The translations under genes were made by a program, and so were the position numbers. A stretch of 64,000 bases of DNA from Lepidodermella squamata (Eukaryota; Animalia; Gastrotricha): assembly GCA_047495785.1 (NCBI GenBank), contig JBLDXI010000042.1:3038001-3102000 (forward strand). Direction: 5' to 3'. The notes beneath the pieces are model-generated. The model made no database searches. It was not told the DNA's origin and saw nothing but the letters and a program-made list of their open reading frames with translations. Shown here in pieces: positions 35,101-47,531 of this stretch (positions are counted from its first letter, which is position 1; the number at the start of each line of letters is the position of its first letter).

Positions 35101-38100
35101 AAATATTTAAATAATTATTTTTAGTGACAACTCATCCGGTGACAACTGGTCCGGCCCGGCCGAGTTGTCGCGGATGAGTTGACACTAAAATTAAATAATT
35201 AATTATTTTTTAATCATTTCAATTTTCGGACAACTCGTCCACGGTCAACTCGTCCGAAATTCAAAATATAACATGAGTTAGTAAATTCAGGATGAGTTGT
35301 CGCGGATGACTTGTCCGTGGACGAGTTGTCCGAAAATTGAAATAATTAAAAAATAATTAATTATTTAATTTTAGTGTTTAATTTGATTCATAGTAAATTC
35401 GTAACCGCAAATTCGTACAGTGGTTGATTCATAACGTGATATTATCGTACAGAGTAAGTTCGTATCAATACATTTTCATATTAAAAGTGGTGACTTTTTC
35501 GTAGCAAAATAAATTATCATAATTTCAATTCGAAAGTGGTGATCTTTTCGTAACCGGACCTAAATGAAAACACAAAATAGTGATCGTTTCGAAGCAAACG
35601 CGCGATATGATGTAATATTCTCGCCCTTAAAACCGTGGTTTCGCTGATTCGGCACCCATTCATCGTGATTTTGCGTAAGATGCGTTGTACAATTTGCAAT
35701 CAAGTTTATAAAAATGAGCGCGGCCTTAAGATACATGTTGGGCGTGTGCACTCGGATAAGGCTAGGGTAGATGTAGCTGAAAATCATGCTGATAACACAG
35801 CTTCATCCTCTGCGGCGAGCCTAACTCTAAATAATACAACTATCTCTGGCCTGCTCCCGAGAGAAGCATCAACTCCGAGACTTACCGACTTGGCTCTTCC
35901 TCAGCCGCCGTTGTCGACCAGCGTAGTAGTACCCACGCAGCTCCCTGTTTTACCGACTGCTCCTCCGCTACCGGCCGGGCATGAGGCTCCGTTTTACTAT
36001 TGGCAGCAGCAGCAACAGCAACAGTGGCAACAGTTTCAGCAATGGCAACAACAGTTTTACCAAAATATTCAACAGCAACCATTTCCGTTGGCTCAGCCAC
36101 CTCCGTTTATTGGTCCAATTCCTCAAGTTCAAGTACAGTCCACTCATGTGCCCGGAGCTCAACAACCTGGCTCAGAAGTCTCAACCCAACCTGCCTTGGT
36201 TCAAATTCCAAGACTCAAACAGCCAAATCCCCTGCTGATTCCTGATCGTTTCTACACCACTACCAGGAACAACAAGGCTCTTGGTTCTAAAGGTAAGATT
36301 GCGAATTTCGTTTAAAATTCCGAGATACAGTATTCCACCTTAAAGGTTTTGCCTACTACTGGATTGAATCTCGCGGAAACTTTCGGTGCAAAGACTGTTT
36401 CATCAGCCCGATTCTGAACGCTAACGGAACTGAGGTAGTTGGGCTGGTTGGTAACCATGACCATGCTCCTGATTTCTTCGAAATCGAGTCCGACATCGCT
36501 GCTGCTAGGATGAGAGCACGAGTAAGGTCGGAGAACTGGTTGGGAATTCCCGAAATCTATCGATCCGAGCTGAAAACCGCGCTTGATTTCGGCGAAAAAG
36601 TCGGCTTAGACCGCGAGGCATTGGCTGCAAAGATCCCCAACTTCGAGGACATGAAACGGTCACTGTATCGGATCCGTGGCAAACAGGAGCCTCGGCGACC
36701 TCGTCCCTACAAGGTTACAGCGTGGTTCTCAATGCTGGAAAGCCCCGATGAGAAGATGATGAAATACATGCGAAATCAGCGGGGCGATTTGGTCTTACGA
36801 CATCATGAGATCGTGCTCAACATTCGGAAACCTGGTGCTTTCGTGGTTTTCGCGACCGACGCCGACCTGATTCGGCTGGCAAGCAGCGAGCGTTGGTTTG
36901 TTGATGGCACCTTCAAGTGCGTTCCTGCCATCTTTTATCAGCTCGTGACCTTCTTATCGTTGGTTGACAATAATAAGTTTGGTATCCATGGTGGTTTCGT
37001 GCTGATGACTAACAAGACCGAAGAGCTGTACGAGAAGGTTTTCAAGTACCTTAACAACGTCCGAACAGCATTCTTTATCGTCCGTGAAGAAGCTCCTCAG
37101 CACGTCGAACTCAACTTGTTCTTCGAGTACTTCGAGAATTTTTGGTTTCGGATCGGCATGGACTGCTGGAACGTCCACGGCCTCAATAAAAGGACTAACA
37201 ACTTTGCCGAGGGTGGCAACAGCAAGATTAACAAAAAGGTTAAGGTGCCTCATCCACATGTGTGGCGCTTTTGCAACGTCATGTTGGAGTTGGAAGCCGA
37301 AAATCGTGCTGCCCTCGACCAGATTCGAGTAAAAAATTACAAAGTGCCGACGAAGCGAGTCTATAAGCGCTTGAATGATCGATTTACTGAGTTTTGGAAA
37401 GACCTCGCTGCTGGTAGGATGGGTTTCATGCAGTTTCTCGATGCTGCGGCTAATCAGCTTTCTCAGTTGAAGGAGAAGAAGCCGGCAGTTGATCGCTTGG
37501 GGCTTGATGATGAGGAAGGTGTTGCGCTGGACGTTGTTATTGAAGATGGCGAGGAAGAGTCGAGTGATGAAGAAACTGCTGATGAATAACTGCTAACACT
37601 CTGCCTTAATGTCTATCATCTGTTTAACTGTGTTTGAAGGGAGCAATGTTATAAGCGTTACGAATAGATCACGACTTCGTCTTAACTTGTTATGAAAGGA
37701 CCGCTAAATTAAAGTGTTACGAAATGATCACCACTTCGTCTTAATTTGTTATGAAAAGATCACAAAATTAATTTTCGAAAATTAATTTTGCTATGAAAAT
37801 CCGTTACGAAAAGATCACCGAAAGTGATATGAAAAGATACCTCGTTTGTACGAAAATATCACGTTACGAATTTGCGGGTACCAACTTACTATTCACCTTT
37901 AATTTTATTGTTTAATTTAAAAAAAATAATGAATTTCCTACAAAAAAATGGCCAGATTAAGAAATAATTCGCAAATTCTGGGGCACGCCGTAGAAAAATA
38001 CCAGCAAAAATATGCAAAATCATAAATGGGTAAAAATTGCCCCATTTCATTAAAAGAAATGAAATTTGACAATTCATGGAATTTCAAAATCGAAGTTTGA

Positions 38101-41032
38101 TTTAAAAATTTTAATTTCAACTTTTTGAAATTGTAAAATTGTGAACTTAATTCTTTTGAAATAAAAATATTGCTTGCTAGAATAAAAAATAATGATTGCT
38201 GTGATTTAGATTAGTATCTTACCCTCTTCGTGCCATTCGTAAGGACTGAATCTCGAAACCAGAAATAGGACAACCGAAACGCCAATATAAGCAAAGGCGA
38301 TGCACATCCAAATTTCATAAGACAAAGGATCGAGGAAGGAAAACACGCTCGGCTTGGTTTTCTGCGGCTTTTTTATCATAATCGAAATGCCGAGGGTTGT
38401 GAACGGCTTCGTGAAATCGACCACCTTCTCACGTTGGGCTGTAATTGTCAGCGGGGCGATGGCCATATCGGCGATTCCGTCAATCACCTCGCCAACCATG
38501 CCGTTCCAGTGGCCGGTTGCGTTCGGCGTGCCGTAGGCGTTGTCGGCAACCATGCGAAATTCGTACTTGAATTTAGCGACTTCGGCTACAGCAGCCGTCA
38601 AATCGGCAACGTAGCCCTCGTAGCGGTCGTTGCCTGTGTACTTGTGGGCGTCATCTTTCAGCTTTAAAAACGGCAATACCTAAAAGTTGACATGAAAATT
38701 AGAATCATCAGACTAGCGATTGCCAGAGGTGAAGGTAAAAAAATATTTTTTCCCTCATTCGGAATTAGGAAAATATATGGCTATTATCAAAATTCGATTT
38801 GACCGAAAATTAAAAAAAAATGAAACAGAATTTAAGAAAAAACGTTCGAAACGATTGAAAAGTGTTTTTTCAAAAATTGAATCTACCGAAGAAAAATTCA
38901 AATTTATACCGAAAAAAACCCGATTGTAACTGGTTCGGTAATTATCGGTATTTCCCCTGGTTAGACCTGATTAGAATTTCACTGGGTTTCTTCATTCGTG
39001 TCGTGAATTTTCATAGACAAATACCACCTTTGTGGCTTTAGGAATTTTTCCGGCCATGAGATAGAAAATCGCCCATAATTTGGGAGTTTCTTATCTTCTT
39101 TCCGTGTATTTCTATTTTATTTTTGATTATGATAGACCCATTAGACTAAATTCAAAAATTGACGTAAAATTACCGGTATAGTCGTAACGATGCGAGTTCG
39201 ATTAGATTCGGCCTTAGAAGCGTTATGAATCCTCCGTTCTTGACCAGGCGGAATGTACTCGAAGCCATAAGTCGGCGTCCAATGTCCCAACTAAAAAATT
39301 AATTATTCCCATTAAAAGTGTCTTTAATGAATGAGCGTCTTGAAAAATTACCTTTCGATATCCAACTCTAACATTTTCCTGACCGTAATAGATGATCATG
39401 TAATCAGCTCGTTCGCCGTTCATATTGAACCGAATTTTGCCGGTTAACTCTGATATGTAAGTTTTCTAAGGAAAAACATCATTTTCAGAGCTATTCAAAT
39501 AATTTCGAAAACTTTACCAATTTAAGGCGGCGAATAACTTCGGCACCAGCTTCCATGATTGGAACAGGGCGGCCGAGGCACATTTTAGTCTCCGCCTTTG
39601 AAGACGACATTCGGACCTGAGAACGCTTATTCATGTTAGGAAAAGTTGTCCCCCCAGTTTTGACCCACTGCTCCAGCATTGAGTAGAAAATTTCCGTGAA
39701 TTCAGTCGCCATTATTTGATTGGCCTATTAATAAAAAAAATTAAAAAAGAAATTGGAATGGAGAAATTTTGTTACCGAAAATCTCCCGGTACCAGCGCCA
39801 GGAAACTGGGTCATATTGAGATTTTTCCAATCTCTTATCAACTTTTGGATATGAGGAGTTTGCGATCGAGGCGGGAGAAGCTGGAATCCGCTGATCCGAA
39901 AATTTTTTGCCCGCAGATTCATTGGAAGAAAAATTTCTTCGAGGTCAGAGTCAAAACTCTAAAAAATCAAATAAACCTGGGTAAAATTTGATTAAATTAC
40001 GGCTTACCAAGCCAATGATTAGGTATTCACTCGTATCGCCAACCATGTCGACATCTTTCAGCTGAAATTTTTTCCAAAAATTCCGGATTTTTTTTTACAC
40101 CAGATCGAACTTACGCATCGCAAGAATGTTGTTAGAATTTTTTCATTTCGAATATCGATGACAATATTGCCAACATCACGGTGGAAATGCTTCATCCTAT
40201 CAGCAATTTCCCGCTCATCGCCGCCTTTCACCAACTCCAGCTTCGATTCGATGATTTTGCCATCTCGCGAAAATCGCTTGTACAAATCATTCAAGCGCAG
40301 CAGACCGTCATCCGTGTCGTAGAACGCGAAGAACGACTCCCAATTTTTGTGCTTCATCGCCGCGTAAACAGCATCGCCGTAACTTGGGCCGAACTGCAAC
40401 TCGTAGGGTGACACCTGGTCGAAATTATTCGGATCCGGGTCCATTCCGGTATCGAAAAGCATGAGGGGAATTTGAAAGAGGGTTGAGTAGGATCGCAATA
40501 AGGGCAAATGCTCGAATCGATAGCCAAATATTATCGGCAATTTTCCAGCTTCCAACAGCCGACAGACTAAACAATTTTAAAATTAAAATTGAAATTTTAA
40601 TTTTTTTTAATAAATTCATACCTTGCTGGCCAAATGCGAAAATATCGTTGAAATTGGTTGGAGCATCCTCGAAAATTAGTTTGACCTGGCGCGCCGAGTT
40701 GGCGGGAGACGCTTGAGTCGGAACCGCAAGTCGATTCGTTGCCATCCCCGCAAATCCGCCATATCGCTTCGTTTTCGCAGTGATCGGCGCAGAATTGATT
40801 GATGATGAAGAACTAGCACCTATTGTTACATTCGCGGCTAATCGGCTTGAAATTGTGTATCGAACAGCAGACACGAGGTGAGCATCTTGGTGATGATAAA
40901 CCAGAGCTGTAAGAAAAAAATTCGCAAAATTCGCAAAAAATATTGGTTATTCAAATTACTAAATTGAGCTTCGACCGATTGAGATTGAGCTCGAGATGAA
41001 GCTATTGCGGTGAGAATTATTAATAGCAACAT
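32142..41032 (-). CDS. AMPA-type ionotropic glutamate receptor subunit. Exons 41032-40960, 40906-40622, 40566-40115, 40061-40008, 39958-39776, 39724-39518, 39465-39352, 39290-39174, 38679-38223, 34501-33793, 32997-32748, 32438-32142 (alternative last exon 32681-32571)
   Basis: All junctions are GT-AG and phase-compatible. Motifs: [102 protein letters not shown]. Confidence 0.95.
33283..33476. mobile_element. TA-flanked palindromic MITE in an iGluR intron
   Basis: ~68-bp near-perfect TIRs C(A/T)GGGTGGCCAAAAAGAGCCGCAGGGGGCGAAG; relative at 50321-50487. Confidence 0.9.
35013..35376. mobile_element. Foldback-like element made of GACAACTC(A/G)TCC units in direct and inverted arrays
   Basis: More than ten unit copies; IR pairs 35020-35042/35162-35184 and 35182-35255/35302-35377. 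Confidence 0.8.
35385..37897 (+). mobile_element. Mutator-like (MULE) DNA transposon, internally deleted
   Basis: Imperfect TIRs GATTCATAGTAAATTCGTAACCGCAAATTCGTA / TACGAATTTGCGGGTACCAACTTACTATTCACC with subterminal repeats; TSD TTTAATTT at 35377-35384 and 37898-37905. Confidence 0.9.
35680..37589 (+). CDS. C2H2 - Q/P-rich - FLYWCH-like - MULE transposase derivative (exons 35680-36292, 36346-37589)
   Basis: CTIC..HVGRVH; 53-nt phase-1 intron; KGFAYYW..CKDC..HDH; [12 protein letters not shown]; [10 protein letters not shown]; YFENFW; [12 protein letters not shown]. Confidence 0.88.
38870..39135. mobile_element. Degenerate copy of the CAGCGTGTCCCA MITE family in an iGluR intron
   Basis: CCCGATTGTAACTGGTTCGGTAATTATCGGTATT...CCGGCCATGAGA. 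Confidence 0.65.
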
Positions 41033-42395
41033 TTTTCGAGATTTTGAAAAATGTCCCGAAAATGTAGATGGGCGTCACACGAAATTATTCATGCGAATAA
41101 AGTGATGCCACTATAGATAGTGTCCCTAACAAAACCAGTAAAATATGCGTGAAAAATGTTGTTGCTACGAGTTAGAAACTATCGAATTTCATCGCGGCAA
41201 CAATGTCGGCGAAATATATGTATGCGCGTGAATAATATGTCTCGAGGGGTGGCGCATCTTATACATCTGCGCATCAACAGCATTTAGTCCAGTTACAACA
41301 TATACTCTTATTAATATTAGCAAGTATTTGAGCGCGTCGAGTTCCATAATGAAGTCACGCCTGGGTGGTGTGTTGTGTTATCATTTTGATATTAGCAGGC
41401 CGCAACAGAGCGAAATGCGCGGCGCAAATGCAATTTAAGCGACATGTGCGCGCGCGTCTTCTAGTTTTGTGGGCGAGTCAGTATACCATTTATAACACTT
41501 GTTATGAAAGGCGAATGTGTCAAATTTTTGTCTGCTGGTCCCACTAGCCGAGAGATCCGGCGTCATTTATGTGTTTATTTGAAATGATAATAATAAAAAT
41601 AATAATCGATTTCGCTTTGTTGGGACTATCGCTTGATGAGAGATAAGTATACCAAAAAAGTCGAAGAAAGGTCTGCTGTTCCGGTCTTGTAATTATTACC
41701 AATGTAAAAAATAGAAATTCCTCACAGTGTGGAACTCTAATTATAGATATAATCGAGTATATTACTTGACGTTAAGCAGGACTGAATTTTTTGATTCCTC
41801 GTGTTTCAGACTTCATAATGTATAATCGATCAATACTGATGGCCTCAGTGACCCTGGTTTTTTTTTAATTTTATTTCATTTTACTCTAGCTAAATTTACC
41901 TTCTTGCTTAGCAAAATACGTTTTCAATGTTTGCTACACTTCTGAAATCGGAAAAAATCACTGATCCGTAAAATCGATAATTGGAATCGACATCGTTTCC
42001 TAGGCTGAAGTTCGGTTTGACTGTTCAGGCTGAAGTACATCGTACCACTCGTAAGCTGACCGGCATGAAAATGAAATAGTAGGGGATGCGGGAAAATAGG
42101 AAAGCTCGTAGAACCCGTATTTCAGGAAAATCTATTGCTGGAGCTTCCAATTTACGTTTTTCACCAGTCATTTAATTCGAATGACACGAAAAATTAATTT
42201 TGAATAATTTTATTTTGTTTCGAAGGCTAAATTCAGCGGCTAAATTCATGCAAATATCGTATCGATCATAGCCATCAAGGCTCTATAAGAAAATAAGACT
42301 AATATAGTGATCATAAGAATACATTAGGATCGATCTTCTGGAAGCTCAGAGTGCGAATTGCAACTTTGAGGCCCACTAGCGCATTTGAACAAGAC

Positions 42396-42860
42396 TCAGT
42401 TTGAGGCAATATCACCATCGTATTTCCCGCCCAGAATGTCCTTGGCGATGCTTTTAGCCCACAAATAGGACGAGCCGTTGTTTTCGCAGACTTGCCGCGA
42501 CCCGAGAAGAGCTAGGCAGTGTTGCATTCGAACGTCGTAGAGCGCCCGATCTTTGACTTGCATCGGCAGATTTTCCCATACTGACGGCGCTTTTTCTCTC
42601 AGCCGAAGTATACGTTTAGCCAAAACAACTGATGAAAAACAATGATTGTAATTCGAATCAGAATTAAGATAAAGTGTAATGCCTTACTTCGAATAAGAGC
42701 AGCCTTGCGAGTCGAGATGCCAGACAAAGCCGGGGCGAAATTTGTTGGAGAAATCGCTTGGTGATCCATCTGCAAAACGGGGGAGGGAAGTTCAATAAAC
42801 CAAGCTGAAAGCCAAGCCGGTGGTAATTACGAAAAACGTGAAGAAGATCGCGAGTGGCAT
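42396..42860 (-). pseudogene. Orphan secreted protein, copy 1, with a +1 frameshift just after the signal peptide (pseudogene or assembly indel)
   Basis: MPLAIFFTFFVITTGLAFSLV then a stop. Removing one base at 42797-42799 restores colinearity with the copy at 50835-51310; same phase-1 intron. Confidence 0.7.
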
Positions 42861-43383
42861 GGTCAAGTTTTGAAAGTAATTTTTGAGGTAAATTTTGAAA
42901 TGAAAGTGACAGGGCAAATTTTTGAAGATTTATAGCGGTGACGATCACTTTCGCCCATTAAATGTAGATTTAATGTTGACATTTGCTAATTGCCTAGGGT
43001 CGAATACCTGTGCAGTTTGCAATGAATAAACTATTGTATATACAGCTTTATTGTCAACTTGCCCTACAGTAATAATCATTTAAATGCAATATTGATGAGT
43101 CACTTCTCGCCCTTATTTTAATTAAGGTTTTAGCGAAAGAATTCCTCGTTCCATACGTCTGGATGTTGGAAATATTGGGCAGGGATTATTTGATTGATTG
43201 ATAGTGATGACGAAGCTGGGCTGGTAGGTTTCAGACCAACTTGTGACTTGCAGCATCATACTATGAAAAGTAAGTCGCTATTTTAATCCAATTTCCGTTG
43301 AACAATACAATACAATCCAATTTCCATTGTCGGATTTGCAGAAATTCGCTCACATTTGAGCAGCCTCCAATTTGCAGAAATTC

Positions 43384-43990
43384 GCCGTATACTCATATAT
43401 GAGTACATAGAAGTGTTGCTTTTTTGCGATTTTTTTATGCGAGACCTGTGCATCTGAAAATACCCATGATGCACCCTAAGACACAAGTCACACCCGTAGA
43501 TGTCAAATCTGAAGTCAAAATCACCCTATACTCATTCCTTGAATAAGAAATCACTGATTATCGATTATCGATTATCGATTATAGATAGATTATCGAATTC
43601 CAGAATTAGCTAATTTTTTCATTTCACCTACATGAGATGCGCCATGTTTCAAAGTATTTTTCGTGTAAAACAGCTTATTTTTAGAAGGCACGCTATCCAA
43701 GAAAAAATTCCAAAAAATCGCTGGTAGTGTCTTTTCAACAACCAAACCTTAAAACCACATGATTGCTGCATAATTTGGTCTTGCAATGTTTCCAAGCTAG
43801 CGCTAAATACTCATAGGTGAGTATAGCAATTTTGAGCTTTAAGGCCGTATACTCATATGAGAGTAAACCTGAGTAAGACCTGATGCCGTATACTCACAGG
43901 TGAGTAAATGAGATTTGCTGGAAAACGCCGTATACTCATAGGTGAGCAAGCAGTTTGCGCGATGGCGCCGTATACTCAAATATGAGTAAG
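43384..43990. repeat. Six copies of the palindromic motif (GCCGTA)TACTCA-n4-TGAGTA
   Basis: One copy at ~43384 and five at ~40-bp spacing between 43806 and 43990. Confidence 0.8.
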
Positions 43991-44113
43991 TGTTTTTTTG
44001 TTATTAGGTAATAAGGATGAGCCGGAAAAATCCGGGACATCGACCAATGATCTTAGAATTCCGTGACCTTCAAAAAAATATAATAATCTGGGGATCGAAT
44101 TTTTTGGTAGGTA

Positions 44114-44229
44114 CAGGGCGTTCGCGTAATAATACTCTGCTCGAGCTAAAAATAGCTTCAAAAAAGCTCAAATGAATGCAAAAAGTAGCAAAGCTATTTT
44201 TAGAAGAGTATTATTACGCGAACACCCTG
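44114..44229. mobile_element. Small TA-flanked MITE
   Basis: ta|CAGGGCGTTCGCGTAATAATACTCT ... AGAGTATTATTACGCGAACACCCTG|ta. Confidence 0.9.
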
Positions 44230-44254
44230 TACATCGAAAAAACGTCGATGCTAA

Positions 44255-45308
44255 ATGATGCCTAAAACGTCGTTGTTTCGATTTGATTTCATGAATCAGA
44301 AGAGAGGAATAATTCCTCCGCAATTGAAATGGTTCTGTTTCGGATTTCTCTTATCTTGGATCATCATCGAAACCGCCCCAAGGATCCACTTCAAGAAATG
44401 CACTAACTGCCTTAACGAATCAACATCAACCGCCGTTGTAGAAAATGCTATAGCATCCATGCGGGTCGATTCTTCCAATTTAGACGAGCTCCTAGCTAGG
44501 CGCATCCGAGTGCTTTGTCTCATCGTCACTTCTGGACGGTATCACCGGTCCCGAGCATCCGCGGTCCGTTCTACCTGGGCAAAACGATGTAGCAAATATG
44601 TTTTCGTCACCGACATCGAAGATCCGGCACTGCCGAGCGGTGTGGTTGTCGCGAACAAAACAACTCATGCCGACCTTTGGGCGAAAACAAGAGCCGGCTT
44701 CCTGTGGGCGTACGACAACTATCGTAATGAATTTGACTGGTTCGTGAAAGCCGACGATGATACGTTTATGATTATGGAAAATTTGAGAGCTTTCCTCGCC
44801 GACTACAGAGCGGACGATGCTATTTACTTGGGCCGGGAATTGAGGCCTCCGAAGTGGTCTAATACCCTGCCTTATAACTCCGGTGGGTCTGGCTATGTCC
44901 TCAGCCGAGGAGCTTTATTCACTCTGGTCGAAAAAGCGTTTCAAAACAGCTCGATCTGTAACGATTCCAGCATACAGGGGGCAGAAGGTAAACTGCATAT
45001 TTTCAAAAAATTATGTATTAATTGAAGTTATAGATAAATTTATCGGGCAATGTTTCGGCCATGTTGGTGTTTCTACTGTTGACACGAAGGATCATGTCAA
45101 TAGGCACCGGTTCATCCCCGTCACTTTAGGTGGCATACTCAGTAAAGGAACTTTCACACCGTCAGATTGGTTGAGGGCATCGTTGAGAGGCTTCACCGAT
45201 GGTGAAGAGTGCTGCTCCAGTCTGGCCATTAGCTTTCACTACGTAAGTCCTTCGGATATGGTTTTGTATGATTACCATCATTTACCGGCTTCATTTGGTT
45301 GGCCATAA
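44255..45308 (+). CDS. C1GALT1: Core-1 beta-1,3-galactosyltransferase-like (GT31), copy A; intron 44988-45033; +1 frameshift near 45276
   Basis: RVLCLIVT, TWAKRC, LWAKT, DWFVKADDDTF, YNSGGSGYVLSR, ED, CCSSLAISFHYV. The homologous tail IIYRLHLVGHN is in a shifted frame. Confidence 0.88.
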
Positions 45309-45896
45309 CATCATGAGATCCTACAACCATTTGAAACTTGCAACTGCTTATGATTAAGTTGCCAATCGGATGGAAAGAAATGGATATTGAACTTCGTTTA
45401 GCCGCAAAATCTTTACCTAACGTGTGCCTTTCATATGTATGCCGTAATTTCTGTTGAAAATTTATGAGTATATGATGAATAATGATGAAAATTAATTTTC
45501 AAAGTAAAACTGTTGGGAATACTCTTCATTTTTTGCACATATTTCAAATCTTTAATCCGGATAGTTGTGTCATCGCAAAGCCTTTTCTGACCGAAAAAGT
45601 TAAATATTAATAACCTTGAAGAAAGCTAAAGGAGAGGCAAATTGCACTCGGTTTCTGTCTTTTACTCATCCGTGATCCTAATGCCGGAAAAAGCGTTACA
45701 TTATATAAAAGTGTTTGAAGTTCGCGCATGTATCTCCGTTGTTGAAGACATTTTTTTAGTGTAATACTTATTACATGCACACATGAACGGCACGAGGCGT
45801 CAGTCGCCCTGTTATAATGCTTACTAACATGAGCATGCCATAGTTCTTACCATCCTTTCTGAATATTTATGAAGTTGTTCAAGTGATTGGAGGGGG

Positions 45897-47216
45897 ATGA
45901 AACTCACGGTTGGAGGCTCAATTGAAATCAGCAATCATCCTTCAGAGAACCATGGGCTACTACGCATAGTGGCGAATAGCAACAGACTCCCAGCGAGATA
46001 CAGCCGTAGTCGGAGAAAGGTCAAAACTTCAGCTAGATTCTGTTTGAGAGCAACGCAGAAAATTTGTGAAGGCATCACCGGAATCGGCCGTTCTGGAGGA
46101 GTATCTGGAGGAGCGATTTGCTGGTTTTTAGTCGGAGTCTTCATTACAAACGTGGTACAGCGACCAACAGAATTATCCATGGAAAAGCCAACACGAAACG
46201 GCAATATCTCCACAACAGGTTTTATCGAAACTACGTTCCAGTCGCTTAACAATAAATCAAAAGACGTTGCCGACATATTGGCGGATAGGATACGAGTGTT
46301 ATGCATAGTCATCACAACAGAGAGACACCACAAAAGTAAGGCTGCGACTGTTAGCCAGACTTGGGGGAAGCGCTGCACAAAGCTTGTATTCGCAACAGAT
46401 GCTGAGGATAAGGATCTGCCGAATACGGTCGTTGCATTTAACAAAACTACCCATAGACAACTTTGGTCAAAGACTTACTCAGGATTTGCATGGGCCTATG
46501 ATGAGCACCTCAATGATTTCGACTGGTTCCTTAAGGCAGATGACGACACTTACATTTTCATGGAGAATCTTAGGGCTATGTTGATCGATTACAACCCGAA
46601 TGATGGAGTCTTCCTTGGCAGGGAGTACCGTCCTTTCAACTGGAGTGATGCAGATTCTTATCACTCAGGAGGCCCCGGCTATGTTCTGAGCCGAGGGGCC
46701 TTGATCAAACTAGTCGAACAAGCCTTTAGGAACTTAACGCAATTTTGTTTTGACTATGATGCGAAGTGGCCTGAAGGTAACAATAATCATTCGTCTTCGA
46801 ACTGTCTCTGTTTTACTATTATTATTTTCACGCTAATAGATGTGCTTATAGCTAAATGTTTAGCCGCAGTAGGCGTCCCAACGAAAGACACACCAGATCA
46901 CATGAACAGGGCTCGGTTTTTCCCTACTGCAATCGCCGATAATTTGATACGAGGCAAATTGCGGAGTACAAGCTGGCTTTGGGAATACATGGAGGATTTC
47001 GCAGACGGTGAGGAATGCTGCTCGAGTTTAGCAATCGGCTTTCACTATGTATACCCAGAGAATATGGTACTTTACGAGTACATTGTGTATAGATTTCATT
47101 TGTTTGGCAGGAATGTTTTCGAAAATAATTTCTTGCTTGCGAAGTTGACGCGAGAAACTGTTGTAGAGACTTTGAACAGGAAAGGATACGCGGAAATAAA
47201 GACACATCCAGTATGA
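45897..47216 (+). CDS. C1GALT1: C1GALT1-like glycosyltransferase, copy B1; intron 46777-46839 (63 nt, in frame)
   Basis: Type II TM; DWFLKADDDTY, GGPGYVLSR, PE|DV after splicing, CCSSLAIGFHY. Confidence 0.92.
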   Translation: MKLTVGGSIEISNHPSENHGLLRIVANSNRLPARYSRSRRKVKTSARFCLRATQKICEGITGIGRSGGVSGGAICWFLVGVFITNVVQRPTELSMEKPTRNGNISTTGFIETTFQSLNNKSKDVADILADRIRVLCIVITTERHHKSKAATVSQTWGKRCTKLVFATDAEDKDLPNTVVAFNKTTHRQLWSKTYSGFAWAYDEHLNDFDWFLKADDDTYIFMENLRAMLIDYNPNDGVFLGREYRPFNWSDADSYHSGGPGYVLSRGALIKLVEQAFRNLTQFCFDYDAKWPEGNNNHSSSNCLCFTIIIFTLIDVLIAKCLAAVGVPTKDTPDHMNRARFFPTAIADNLIRGKLRSTSWLWEYMEDFADGEECCSSLAIGFHYVYPENMVLYEYIVYRFHLFGRNVFENNFLLAKLTRETVVETLNRKGYAEIKTHPV

Positions 47217-47531
47217 AGTATGAGAACTCATAAACCCGTATGTACAATTTATACTGTATATACGTAGCATAATATACGATCCTTTAGGCGGCATATTGCA
47301 GTTGGCGGCGGTCGGGGTGGTTACAAAATGATTAGCGACACGTGACCCTACGCAGTTGAGCAAATATGAAAGTAGTTTGTAGTTATCATGAAGTAGCTAG
47401 ATTGGCAATGTTTGGAGTACTTGCCATGGCGCTATTTCTTCGCCATCGGCTGTTACGAATCAAAATCAAAGAAGCTGTTGCTTTTAAAGCATTGCGGAAA
47501 AACCACCTTTCATATTCAAAGGAGATCAATT

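Larger units (their letters stand above)
34699..37990. mobile_element. CAGCGTGTCCCA-family MITE split by nested insertions (left part 34699-35010, right part ~37910-37990)
   Basis: The two parts join into the reverse complement of the 22807-23180 copy; TA on both outer ends. Confidence 0.8.

Noticed and set aside
35013-35376. CRISPR-like appearance of short repeats (also 43806-43990)
   Set aside because: Eukaryotic context, units too short or inverted, no cas genes; better explained as TE repeats.
45700-45870. Minus-strand ATG|gtaaga donor upstream of the C1GALT B copies, suggesting a divergent gene
   Set aside because: The acceptor is not conserved between copies, and an in-frame stop follows in B1.
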